The notes under the pieces were generated by a model, which worked only from the letters and a program-made list of their open reading frames with translations, was not told the DNA's origin and did no database searches. From positions 1 to 64,000 of the IMG/VR virus record IMGVR_UViG_3300036770_004143: a DNA stretch of 64,000 nucleotides; one strand, given 5' to 3'. The position numbers and the translations under genes were made by a program. Below are positions 9,343-20,900 of the stretch, piece after piece (position 1 is the stretch's first letter; each line of letters opens with the position of its first letter).

Positions 9343-9541
9343 TTAACAATTCTTTTATACCCCCATGAGTTTTAACCTTAACTTGTCTATTCACTGTTTT
9401 AGTTTCAGTTCTTTCTATTAAACCATCTTTCTCCTTAACAACATAGCATTCTCCTGTAATTAAGTCACATACTTCTTTTGACCCATCATCCAATGTTTGT
9501 TGTGTTGTTGATTTTAAGTAGTTATTCAAATTTTCAATCAT
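9335..9541 (-). CDS. Hypothetical protein
   Basis: 68-aa ORF preceded by TATTTATA motif (9558-9565), overlaps next gene. Confidence 0.6.
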   Translation of the reverse strand: MIENLNNYLKSTTQQTLDDGSKEVCDLITGECYVVKEKDGLIERTETKTVNRQVKVKTHGGIKELLND

Positions 9542-9593
9542 GTCAATTTATTTTACATATAAATATATCAATATTTTGAATTATCAAAATAAT

Positions 9594-12500
9594 TTACTCC
9601 AATTTTGGGTGTAAAATTAATTTTGTATAATTTGTCCACCAATATTTAATATTTAATAATTTGTTTTCATTTGAAACTATACCCCCAATTATATCATTCT
9701 CTTCAATTTTTTGATTTCCCTTGCTAAAATTGGAACTATTTTCAATTGAATCTCTAATAGTTTTTTCAGTTATTTTGTAAATATTTGCTTCTGTTTGCCC
9801 AGATTCTGCAATAAACTTAAAGCCAGTATAAGGAATTTTATTAGGGTTTCTATCTATCTTTAAACTCACAGCTATTGTATATGTATCTCCTGAATTAACC
9901 TTAACATCAAAAAATGAAATAACTGGTGCACTATCTAGTATATATAATCTCACCAAGGTATCTTCTATGGTTTTATTCATTGCATCCAAATATAATAATT
10001 CTTTTGGATTATTTGCCTCAAAAAACATATCAAGAACATATGGTAAAGTATATTCTGGTTCTGCTGGTGTTCTTACAATTTTAATATTATTATAGGTATA
10101 TTCACACACTCTATTTAATTTAGCACCCTCTGACTTATTCCTAGCACTAACATATAATTCCTTTTGGTCTTCTGTAAGTTTTGCTGGGGGTGTCAAAGCC
10201 TTTAATGATGCATTTGCATCTGCAAATTTTTTATCCAATTTGGCATAAAATTTATTCTTATATAATCTATCAAAATTTTGGGCAGCATCAAGGTTTGTAT
10301 TATTACTTAAAGCCTGATTATATAACCAATCTATAATATAAAATTTAACAAAACTTTCACTTTTGTCACCCTCCAAACTAGAAAATTTAGTCATAAAAGG
10401 AATTACATAAATACTCATAAATTGAATATATAATTCAATTGATTTGAAAATAGCAAAAGGTGTTTTTATCTTATCATTTTCATTACTAGTTGCACAAAAG
10501 TATAATGGTTGTCCTCCATTATAAGATGAAATTTCCCCCTTATTATAAGTTAACCACACATTTCCAAAATTATTATGATTTGCCTTAAAACCATCTTTTT
10601 CATAAGATGCCAAATAACTAATAAGGTATATATAGTCTGCCAATTTCTTATCTGGAACCAATGAATTTATCATTGTATGAATTTGTGTGGCTGATGAATA
10701 AACTATTAATTCTTCTGTAGTTTGTTCATATTCAGAATAACCTGAATATAAGTAGTTACTACACTCACTTGAATTTGTTTGTTTTGAACCTTGTGTTTGT
10801 GTGTTATTTGTTGCAGTAGCTTCTTCATTTTTATCATTAACAATAGATTTTGCAAAATTGCTTTCAATCTTTGTTAATAAGTTCTCATTAATACTTGTGA
10901 GGTATGTATCTGTGCTTGGAGGTGAATAAATACTTTGTCTAACACCTGTGAATGTTGTTTCAAATGAACCTGGTGCAATATTATGTGAAACTTCTGTAAT
11001 AAAATAAGGACCCCCAAACATAGGAACATGTTCCAAATTGAAATACATTGTTGGTTGTATCAATGCATTGCCCATACAGTTAATTGTTGACTTGTAACTC
11101 AAGTTCTTATACAAATTAAATAATGACACACTTTGTGTTGCCACCCCCCTATTTGATGATGAATTTCTTAAAGCCTCCTGTTGAATTAATGATTCAAGAG
11201 TTGCTGTACCACTATTCTGATCAACTTGTATGCCATAGAATATTGCTTGATTTCTAATCCCTGCATCTACCAAGAAACTAACACATTTATTTGATTGTGA
11301 CCAATCTTTCTTATTTGTCTGGTCCTCCAAGAAAGGTATCTTAGATGGTTTTAACATATCAATAGCATCATCACCATATCTAAAATCTTTTGGTCCAGCT
11401 GGGGTTGTTGACCCCCTACCAGAATATATACAAACAAGTTTTGGTCCTGATTTTCTATAATCAACATCAGAATAATTCCCCCAGACATCATTTGCTATTT
11501 CTGTTGCAGTACCAATAACTTCATTAATATCATCATTTGCTGATAATGCCCCATAAAAATTAACATAAGATGGCATTGGCAAAACATTAAAATTATTTTT
11601 AACCAAAATTCCACCAATAAAATTAAAGACAGGGGTTTTTAAGTTTGTTCTTGTTCCAATAAAAATCTTCTTTAAATCAAAAATATCAACATAATACAAA
11701 TCACCTATGTTCCTATTACCCCTATCCAAGAATATTACATCTTCAAATAATGTACGAGTTGTATATTCACTACCAGATATCCATTTATCATTTATGGCTT
11801 TAAATGTTTCATATAAATCATATTTTGAAAACTTGCTATCCAATCCTGAATTTATCTCATTAATTTCAACAATATCAATATTATTTATTTCCCTCTCCAA
11901 TAAGGATAATGTCTGATTCACATTGTCTTCCAAGAATGTATCCAATGCTTTTTGGTTATTATCCATCAGTATTAAGAATTGTTCCCTTGTAATGTTTGGA
12001 TTTTTTAATTTTTGTGTTGCATATATCTTTATTGGTTTTGCAAGTGCAATGATATTCTCTGATGAAAACTCAATATTATTATCAATAAAGAAATCTGTAA
12101 TATATGAACCAGTATTCTTATATGTCAAAGATTCAATGGTGGAGAATCCAACATGTAATCTTAATGTTTCCCAAGCAGGGGCATTTGTTAATTCTGATGA
12201 TTGAAGTGATATGTTATTTGGTAAAGTGTTTGCAACATATCCTTTGAACCTTTTCTGATTCTCTATGGTTGACCTCCCCCCTAAATGACTTATCAATGAA
12301 TTATATTCATATCTATCATATTGTGTTGGATTTCCATACTTAAACAAAACATCATAACTCAAAAACCCATCCAAAAATTCTCTAATATTTTGGAATTGAT
12401 AATCTGCTGTTTTATTGTAAAAATCAGTATCATTCAAATTACTATAATTAGATGGGACTTCCATCAAATTTCTATATAATAATTGGAAATTTCTATATGC

Positions 12501-15500
12501 TGCCACAGGATTTCCATATTCCAATCCAACCAAATTTATCTGATCTTTGTTTTCATTTATGTCATAAATTGATTTGCTAAAATCCAAAAACTCATTCTCA
12601 AATAAATTTAATGTGTCATAATCAAAAACAGAAAACATATCCTCAATTGAGGCATAATCCCCAGAACTTAAGATTGAAAATGAACTAATGTCTTTCTTTC
12701 TATTCAAATATTCTGTCGGTAAAGGCTTTTTCAAGTTTTTAAATGTAAATGAATTAAATGTATCTTGCATTGTGACATTAACAGCACCATTATGTGCAAC
12801 ATCCAATAATTCATCCAAAGAAGAATAATAAATATCTGAACTATTTTTTAAAAAATTATTATCAGTAATATTATTATTTGTTGATGGTAAAATATAATAT
12901 TTTGATGTTAAACTAAAGTTAACATCCTCACAATAATCACTAAATGTGGAACTATCATATATATTTTTTGGCACTAAAGTTGTATAACAATTAAATGTCA
13001 ATCCACTCTTTTCAAAACTAAATGATTTAAGCACTTTTAAACCCCTCTTTTCATTTACATTCAATTCATTATTTGTAAATCCAGAGAATAAATCATACCC
13101 ATTCAAGAATGCATTGTAATCATTCATCATAACTGGATAAAACCCAACATTCACATTATTATCAGATTTAAGGGATATAGTTTGATTTCCATTTATGATA
13201 TACTGGAAATTTTCATTTGCATTATAATTTGACTTATAATCAAAGTCTTTCCATACATCATCCAAAAAGTCATCCCCTGTCTTAACATAATTCTTATATC
13301 TATGCCAAATGGATCCATATTTCAATATCCAAGCATATGGTAACTTATGTAAAGCAGAGTACTTTATGAAGGTTGAAAAAACGTGTCCATTCTTCTCACT
13401 TTGCCCCCTGGTGATAAAAAAATCAGTAAGTGGGGATAAGGGTAGGCTATTCAAAAAAAGATAAGCAGAAGCAATATATGGATGTTTTTCACCTATCCTC
13501 CACTTGCTAACTCCAAGTTGGATTGCATTTGTAAAGATAGGTGTGTTAATTAATGCTCTAAATTGGTTTGATGAAAAATTATCCTGGAATATTTGCCCAT
13601 ATGTTGCCCCACCTTGTGATGCAAAAAACTTAAATGGTCTATTTGTTACAACCTGATTATATTCCTTAAAATTTGTAATCACATTCCTTTTTTGATTGAA
13701 AAGAATTGTATTCTTTGTATCAAATTTATTTGGAAATAAATTGATTAAATTATCATTAACCCATATTGGATCTGTAAAAGGATATGTGAAATTTATGCTA
13801 TTTTCAGTTGGTGCTTTCTGTATTACATCTGTAATTGTTTTGACATTACCCTCATTCAAATTATTTGAGAACTTATCTGTTGTTAATTTAAATTCACTTA
13901 TATCATATATCTTGCTTGGGGTATCTAATAAGTCACTTATATACCTTGAATTTGGTACTCCATCCAGATATTTATTATACCTTTCTGAAACACCTCCTGA
14001 CATTTCTTCCAGAAATTCCTTATAGTTATCATAATCCAACCCCCCTTCTGAAAATAATATATTCTTTAATTGTTGGATAAAAATTATGGAATTTGTCTTT
14101 AATGTATTACTTATATTCTTAAATTCATTTTCCTTTATCAATAAACCAATTCTTTTATCCTTTTCATAAATGGCTGAAAACCCTGAATGGTATGATGCTA
14201 AAACAAGTCTATCCCATAATTCATAAAAGAATTTAACATTTGTTGTTAACTCATATGGTAAAGTGGCAAAGGGGTATTCTATTGTATTTGGAACATAACT
14301 ATTCCTAATTGTCTTATCTAAATCAAGTGCATCCTTTGGGGAGGGGGTTTCCAAACGTTTGGAATAACCATTTATATATTCCTCAACAAATTCAACTTCA
14401 GGCCATTTACTATAATTAAATCCCTTTGTAGCATTAACAATAGATGGGTCTCCTGGATATATTAATTCATATTTATTTGCTTCCTTCTTATCATTTGTAT
14501 AAAACACAGAAGGCCAAGGAAATACAATTTTATCATTTTCATTATCATCACGTTGACTATTATCATCAACTGCAATTTTATCATTACCTAATACTGCATT
14601 TTTTCTATCAGTATCAAGTCTAACATTCCAGGCTGAACTATGAACATCTTCCATCAATCTAAGGAATCCTTCTGTTGTTGCCATAATTACTGCAACAACA
14701 TTTTTAATTGTTGGCTTAAACCCAATTCCTGTTTCCTTTTTCTCAATCTTTAATGCCAACTCCTCTGATAAGGCTTTTTCAAGTGCATTTAATTCATTAA
14801 TGAATTTTGATTCCATTATATTCCTTTCATTAATAAAATTTGTAATATTGAAAACTGGAGTGGTTTTTGATTCACCTGATAATGTATATTTGTAATATAT
14901 AGTACTTTCAATTCTACTACGGCAAATTTCTTCAGTTAAATTTTCAACTTCAATTGGCGAAATGGATTTGTTCTTTGATTTATAAGTCTCACACCAATTA
15001 ATATCAGGATTGGTAACATGAAACAAATCATAATTTATATTGTTAGCAATAGGTAATGTTCCATAAATTCCAAAAGTGGGATTATCATTTAATTCAGCTG
15101 TATATTTTGATATTATGGTTTTTAAATCACTTTCAACCAAAAATAACCTTCCATCCTTAATATTGTCAATCAATTCTTTTTTAACACCAAATATAACATC
15201 AGTTGCATTATTTAAAATAATTGGTCTTGTATCCAAGTATTTGTTAAACCAAGACCTAAGATTACCCCTAATTTCCTGGTAATAATTGGCAAGAAATTTC
15301 TTATACCTTTTCCCATCTGTTAACTTCTGAACATCAACCTTATTCAATGAGTTCAAGACATTCTGCTCAAACATCTCAAGTTTGTATGTTAATTCAGTTA
15401 ATGTTAATTCAGGAAAATTAGCATCAATTAAACCCTTTGATTTATAATCCTTATATACTTCTATTATCTTCTGATAACCAAGTTGGGTATTCACCTCAAA

Positions 15501-16367
15501 ATTAGTTGTATCCTCAAGTGAAACTTGAGTTTGATTATCTGTTTGAGTAATTATATTATTGACTTGAGATGCTGTTAAATTTGAAACGTTTGTAATATTT
15601 GATTGACTTATCTTATATTTTTTTGAATACATATTTGGACAAGCAATCAAATGCCCAACACTTATGTCAGATAACACATTATACTTAAATCCAAGAAACT
15701 CCAAAGTAACTGTATAATCTCCATTATTTGCATTATAAGATGCATTAAACTTCAATAAAACTAATTCATACCTAACAGCCTTTCCATAATATCCTTTAAT
15801 GGTCAAATAAAATGGGGGGTAAGGTAAATTGAAGAATGCTGCATATGGTGATTCATTTCCTAAACTAAACAATGCTCTCCCTTGAACATCTTCCATAATA
15901 ACTGTAACGGTTGGTACAAAAGATGAATTTGTCCTAATAGCAATACTCTTTATACCAAATAATGTATTATCTTCAATATTAGTAGCATAATTTAATGTAT
16001 AAGTTTCATTGTTCTCCTTTACTTGTTTGGAGTTCTGTTGATTTTTCCCTCCATTTTCAGTTAAAGAATCTTTTCCAGTAATTTCATCATAATATCCAGA
16101 TGTAAAATAATTATCTTTAGTATTTGGTTTCAAGAAATTTAATGTAGCAATATTCACATTCCTAACATTATCATTAACTGGACCCCCAACCAATAGTTTT
16201 GTTCTTGGAATCAACTTTGTTTCCAGATTGGCATACATAACAAAGTCTTCAGGTATTACTGCCCTGTCAATAACTTCCCCAGTATTTGTAATTACCTTGT
16301 TGGGGTCTATATATATAACATTCTGATAATCATATATAACATGTACATCACCTTGCTCATTTGCCAT
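9594..16367 (-). CDS. Very large virion protein, probable baseplate hub
   Basis: 2257 aa in tail module; hub-like segment MGNALIQPTMYFNL...GPYFITEVSHNI...FETTFTGVR. Confidence 0.6.
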   Translation of the reverse strand: MANEQGDVHVIYDYQNVIYIDPNKVITNTGEVIDRAVIPEDFVMYANLETKLIPRTKLLVGGPVNDNVRNVNIATLNFLKPNTKDNYFTSGYYDEITGKDSLTENGGKNQQNSKQVKENNETYTLNYATNIEDNTLFGIKSIAIRTNSSFVPTVTVIMEDVQGRALFSLGNESPYAAFFNLPYPPFYLTIKGYYGKAVRYELVLLKFNASYNANNGDYTVTLEFLGFKYNVLSDISVGHLIACPNMYSKKYKISQSNITNVSNLTASQVNNIITQTDNQTQVSLEDTTNFEVNTQLGYQKIIEVYKDYKSKGLIDANFPELTLTELTYKLEMFEQNVLNSLNKVDVQKLTDGKRYKKFLANYYQEIRGNLRSWFNKYLDTRPIILNNATDVIFGVKKELIDNIKDGRLFLVESDLKTIISKYTAELNDNPTFGIYGTLPIANNINYDLFHVTNPDINWCETYKSKNKSISPIEVENLTEEICRSRIESTIYYKYTLSGESKTTPVFNITNFINERNIMESKFINELNALEKALSEELALKIEKKETGIGFKPTIKNVVAVIMATTEGFLRLMEDVHSSAWNVRLDTDRKNAVLGNDKIAVDDNSQRDDNENDKIVFPWPSVFYTNDKKEANKYELIYPGDPSIVNATKGFNYSKWPEVEFVEEYINGYSKRLETPSPKDALDLDKTIRNSYVPNTIEYPFATLPYELTTNVKFFYELWDRLVLASYHSGFSAIYEKDKRIGLLIKENEFKNISNTLKTNSIIFIQQLKNILFSEGGLDYDNYKEFLEEMSGGVSERYNKYLDGVPNSRYISDLLDTPSKIYDISEFKLTTDKFSNNLNEGNVKTITDVIQKAPTENSINFTYPFTDPIWVNDNLINLFPNKFDTKNTILFNQKRNVITNFKEYNQVVTNRPFKFFASQGGATYGQIFQDNFSSNQFRALINTPIFTNAIQLGVSKWRIGEKHPYIASAYLFLNSLPLSPLTDFFITRGQSEKNGHVFSTFIKYSALHKLPYAWILKYGSIWHRYKNYVKTGDDFLDDVWKDFDYKSNYNANENFQYIINGNQTISLKSDNNVNVGFYPVMMNDYNAFLNGYDLFSGFTNNELNVNEKRGLKVLKSFSFEKSGLTFNCYTTLVPKNIYDSSTFSDYCEDVNFSLTSKYYILPSTNNNITDNNFLKNSSDIYYSSLDELLDVAHNGAVNVTMQDTFNSFTFKNLKKPLPTEYLNRKKDISSFSILSSGDYASIEDMFSVFDYDTLNLFENEFLDFSKSIYDINENKDQINLVGLEYGNPVAAYRNFQLLYRNLMEVPSNYSNLNDTDFYNKTADYQFQNIREFLDGFLSYDVLFKYGNPTQYDRYEYNSLISHLGGRSTIENQKRFKGYVANTLPNNISLQSSELTNAPAWETLRLHVGFSTIESLTYKNTGSYITDFFIDNNIEFSSENIIALAKPIKIYATQKLKNPNITREQFLILMDNNQKALDTFLEDNVNQTLSLLEREINNIDIVEINEINSGLDSKFSKYDLYETFKAINDKWISGSEYTTRTLFEDVIFLDRGNRNIGDLYYVDIFDLKKIFIGTRTNLKTPVFNFIGGILVKNNFNVLPMPSYVNFYGALSANDDINEVIGTATEIANDVWGNYSDVDYRKSGPKLVCIYSGRGSTTPAGPKDFRYGDDAIDMLKPSKIPFLEDQTNKKDWSQSNKCVSFLVDAGIRNQAIFYGIQVDQNSGTATLESLIQQEALRNSSSNRGVATQSVSLFNLYKNLSYKSTINCMGNALIQPTMYFNLEHVPMFGGPYFITEVSHNIAPGSFETTFTGVRQSIYSPPSTDTYLTSINENLLTKIESNFAKSIVNDKNEEATATNNTQTQGSKQTNSSECSNYLYSGYSEYEQTTEELIVYSSATQIHTMINSLVPDKKLADYIYLISYLASYEKDGFKANHNNFGNVWLTYNKGEISSYNGGQPLYFCATSNENDKIKTPFAIFKSIELYIQFMSIYVIPFMTKFSSLEGDKSESFVKFYIIDWLYNQALSNNTNLDAAQNFDRLYKNKFYAKLDKKFADANASLKALTPPAKLTEDQKELYVSARNKSEGAKLNRVCEYTYNNIKIVRTPAEPEYTLPYVLDMFFEANNPKELLYLDAMNKTIEDTLVRLYILDSAPVISFFDVKVNSGDTYTIAVSLKIDRNPNKIPYTGFKFIAESGQTEANIYKITEKTIRDSIENSSNFSKGNQKIEENDIIGGIVSNENKLLNIKYWWTNYTKLILHPKLE

Positions 16368-16368
16368 A

Positions 16369-16409
16369 TTGAACTACCCACAAACTATAGATTTGCGGGA
16401 TTCTGAAAT
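16369..16409 (-). ncRNA. 3' part of TnpB omegaRNA / IS200-IS605 right end
   Basis: On the - strand: hairpin CCCGCAAA-TCTATAG-TTTGTGGG followed by TAGTTCAA; the predicted guide begins TATGGCAAATGAG. Confidence 0.6.
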
Positions 16410-17585
16410 TTAAGTATTCAGAATTTTGGAAGTTTCATTGGTTGTGCCAATTAAAGTTGGTCTTATTTCACCTCCACTTCTGTAATCGTCAGTCCCTGAC
16501 GATATAAGTTTATATCCTTCATTAAGGATGTTTTTACTAGCATTTAAATCTCTATCTAATTTTGTATGACAAGATGGACAAGTCCATTCCCTCATATCTA
16601 ATTTTAGATTTTGATTAATATATCCACAACAGTTGCAAGTTTTTGAACTAGGGAAGAACCTATCAATTTTGACAATCTGCTTATCATTCCATTCTGCTTT
16701 ATAGGTTAAAAGTTCTATGAACTTTGACCAACTAACATCAGAAATGTGTTTTGCAAGTTTATGATTCTTTATCATTCCTTTAATATTTAAATCTTCCAAT
16801 ATGATTGTATCATATTTTTTGATTAACTCTGTGGAAACTTTGTGCAAATTATCTAAACGAGAATTGGCTATCTTCTTATAAATAGTTGCAACTTTTAATT
16901 TTTGTTTTTGGTATCTATTACTACCTTTTATTTTTCTAGTTAAATGTTGTTGATTTTGTTTTAATTTTCTTGCATAAGTTTTAGTATATCTATTATTTTT
17001 ATATATAAACCCTTCAGATGTGACTAAAAAATCTTTAATACCTAAATCAATCCCAATTGTTTTTCCTGTTTTAGGTGTAGCAGTATGTGTTGTTTCTACC
17101 AAGATTGAAACAAAATATTCATTTGTTGGTGTTTTTGATATGGTGCATTGTTTAATTTTACCAGTGAAACTTTGGGATAAAATAAAATCAATAGGTTCTT
17201 TAAATTTTGGTATTCTTAATTTTCCATTTTCTATTTTAACAAATTGTGGAATTTTAAAACTATTTTTTACATGTTTGGACTTAAATCTTGGAAATTTGGT
17301 TCTTTTCTTAAAGAATCCATTATAAGCATCATCAAGATTTTTTAATGATGTTTGTAATGACTGTGAATTAATTTCATTTAACCAGGAATATTGTTCTTGT
17401 CTCTTTAATTCAGTTAATGATTTTGCATTGTCGTAGTAATTAATAGTTTGTTTGTTTGTCTCATATTCCTGTTTTCTTTCATTAAGAAAATAATTATAAA
17501 TAAACCTTATAGCACCAAAATGCTTATTTAAAAGCACTTTTTGGTCTTCATTAGGAATGATTTTATATTTGTATGTTTTTAACAT
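16410..17585 (-). mobile_element. tnpB: Solo TnpB RNA-guided endonuclease (IS200/IS605 family)
   Basis: HTH N-terminus (KTYKYKIIP...FG..RFIYN), RuvC GIDLG / LEDL / DRDLNA, Zn finger CNCCG...CPSC; no tnpA nearby. Confidence 0.92.
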
Positions 17586-17605
17586 CTTTTTAAAATTCAA
17601 TATAT

Positions 17606-17929
17606 TTATTTTCCATAATAAAAGAAATAATTTTCTACTGCATTTTTATAATCTAATAAAGATGTCTCCAATGGAAAGGGTATTTTTAGCATAGCCCCAT
17701 CATATATGTTATTTTCAAGACCACCATGCTCTGGATTTGCTGCCAAAATAAGCCAGCCAAAGAAGGGGGTTTGATAATATTGCTGTGACACCTTATCCAA
17801 TCTGCTAACATTTTTCTTATAAAAGAAAACATTATCACTTGACTTGGATGGTATCTTGACAAAAGGTACAACTTTCTGCTCACCATTAAATGTGAATTGT
17901 GAATATCTATTATAATATTTTAAACTCAT
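17606..17929 (-). CDS. Baseplate wedge protein (gp53/LysM-like)
   Basis: RLDKVSQQYY...WLILAANP...LKIP pattern; position in tail module. Confidence 0.65.
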   Translation of the reverse strand: MSLKYYNRYSQFTFNGEQKVVPFVKIPSKSSDNVFFYKKNVSRLDKVSQQYYQTPFFGWLILAANPEHGGLENNIYDGAMLKIPFPLETSLLDYKNAVENYFFYYGK

Positions 17930-20900
17930 CTCATTAATTTATTTTTAACTAGAATAAATCCATCACTATTTTTATTCCATGTAGTTTTATTGCTATCATA
18001 ATTATTAACACCATTCAAAGTTAATATTGCATTTTTAGTGTCATTATCAGGAGATTCAACTATCTCATATTGACTTATATAACCTACTGTACCATTTGGC
18101 TTAATCTCTTTTAACTCAACAAGCATATCATTTATATATTTAGTTAAGTTTGTTAAGAACTTAATAGTAACTTCTTTATGTTTATTATTATATCTAATCA
18201 ACTTCTCACCCCAATAACTCTTAAATATCTTTGATATCTTTTCATTGTTTGAAATGAAGTTTTTATCAGGATTAATTGATTTTAAAAGAATTTGTTTTTC
18301 AAAATTTTCTAAACCATTTTTATCTCTAAATGCTCCATATAATAATAAATAGAGTAAACTATCTTGATCACTTGAAAATATATCCTTTGGATTATCTATA
18401 TTTATTTTTAAATACGGCAAGAAATTTGTTTCAATACGTTGTGCAATTCCAGATAATACATCCTGTATTCCAGTTAATGAATTAAGTAATTTATAAACAA
18501 AGAAATTTCCAGTTTTATCAACATACCCATCATAACCAAAATATGAATTGTGAGTTGAAATCACAAATAATGCTTTACTTAAAACCTTTTGATATTTCTC
18601 CTGAGCATCAAGAATTGCTTTTGTTAGAATGTTAATATTGTTATTAACCTTAACCATTTCATTATCAATATATAACTGATAATTATTTGACACATCAAAC
18701 TTTATAGTCTTTTCAGAACTAAATTCTTCATTTATTTGTTCAATAAATCCATCAGAATTAGTCTTTATATTATCTTTAATTATTTTTACATAATCATCTA
18801 TTGTTTTTTGATAATCTGTTGGAACACCCAATAACTTAAATTCACCTCCTGTTGTTGGGTTGTAAACCCCATTAACATTATTCAATGATTTTAATATCAA
18901 AGAAACCAATTCAATATTATATGCTTTTGAATTTTCTTGAATAACTGAATTAATTGTATTAACATAAGCAGTGGAGGCTTCAACTAGTTCTGTTGCCAAA
19001 GTAATATAATTCAATGTGGTTGCTGTAGTGTTAATTTCACCTATTGTCTTATATGCATTTACAACTTTAATATCATCAAAATTCTCAGTCTTACCTTTTT
19101 CCTTTTCTCTTATAAAATCCAATATTTTCTCATCCATATCATCCAAACTATTGTCAGTCTTATCAGCCCTTGCATCATAAACCTCTGTGTTTGCATAATA
19201 ATTAAATGACAAAGCATTTTGTAATTTATCAACAGCATTACTCAATCCACTTGCACCAACAAACTTGAAACTCAAAGTAACCTTTGCAATCATAGGTTGA
19301 AATCCAATCCCTTCAGGATTTATATCCCAATGTAATGGATCATAACTAATAGCTAAATTATCAGGTATAATCTTTGTATGAAAGAAATCCCCTACCCTCA
19401 ATACCAAAACTGGAGGTACGCCAAATGCTGTGTTTCTTGCATCCTTAAACTCCCTCACACCACCTTCCCTTATGGTAGGTATGGTATCCCCAGGTCTAAC
19501 ACATTGTTGAAGAAATGTCAATCTACCATTCAAACCTTCTGGGGTTGTGGAATGGAAAGCTGGACTAAAATATTTTAATTTTTCCTTTATGTTATTATAT
19601 ATGAATGGGTTTGTTTCCTCTATGGTCTCAAAATAATCACATTCTGTTAAAAGTTTTTGTAAAACCCTTTTTGATACATTCTTATATAATTTATTTTCTG
19701 TTGTTGTAATTTCTTTTTCAATCTTTTGTTTTGTTACCTTAACTTCAGATTCATTTGTTACCAATGTTGGTTCAACCTTTGGTGCAACACTTTTTTGAAT
19801 GGCATTAACATCTTTTATGGCAACTCTTCTACAAGCCATAGCTTGAACACTTGTTATAGCATTTTCTGTAAAAGCACTACAATTTGCAACAGAAATAGAT
19901 GATTTACCAGTTGTTGAATTGGCAACAACTCCTGTTTCCTCACCAAGAATATTTGTCTTTATGGTAAAGTTTTTTGACTTTATATTGTTTGTTAAATAAG
20001 TTGTAACACTACTACTACGTCTTTGACTTAATGCTTTGTTATAACTAATAGATGCTGGTTTTGATGCAGATGAGTTAAGTGTTAATTCAATAGTATTCCC
20101 CTCATTCTGTGCAAGAAACTCATTACATTCAGTTATGAAGTTATTAAGATATGCAAAATTATCTTTTACATGTAAATCCATAAAACTTTTTAATTGTGCT
20201 TGAGTATATAATGTTGATGCAGTATATGAATTAAATGCACTAACATAATCAGCATTACTTGATTTTGGAACATCATTATCAAAATAAAATGCATACTCCT
20301 TATACTTGTCAAATCTTGTATCTTTTTTATCTGGGGGTGTATCAACTTGTGATGGATTTATTGGGTCAACATTTGTAACCACTGTTCTCTTGATATAACT
20401 AACATCATCTTTAATAGATGTGCTTTCCTTAACAATTTTTTGAATTTCCTCAAGTTCAGATAATGTCATTGTGTTATATATCTTTGCTAAATCATATATG
20501 TCATATTTCAAACATCCAGCAAAAAAAGATGATAATATACCATTAATAACCTCTGAATTATTCTCTTTCTCTAAAATCCTATTTGTAATTAAATTTAACA
20601 CAGATGGATGATCCACAACAATTGAAAACTCCAATGACCCTGTTCTTGTTGTATTTTTATAGGTGAAAACAGGCTCTGGTCTTCCCAAAAACTCATTTGA
20701 ATTCCAAGTGGATGATGATGAATCTGTAACCTTTAAATCATATGGTGGAAACCACATTAACCTTCCCCCATTTGGACCTTTCTCACATTCTGGCAAATCC
20801 AAAAACTTATTTGTTGTTCTCCATGCCAAATTCTCAATTGATAACATATATTTCTTTGAATCATTTCCCTTCCTTGGGGCAATGCTCAAATCATATGTTT

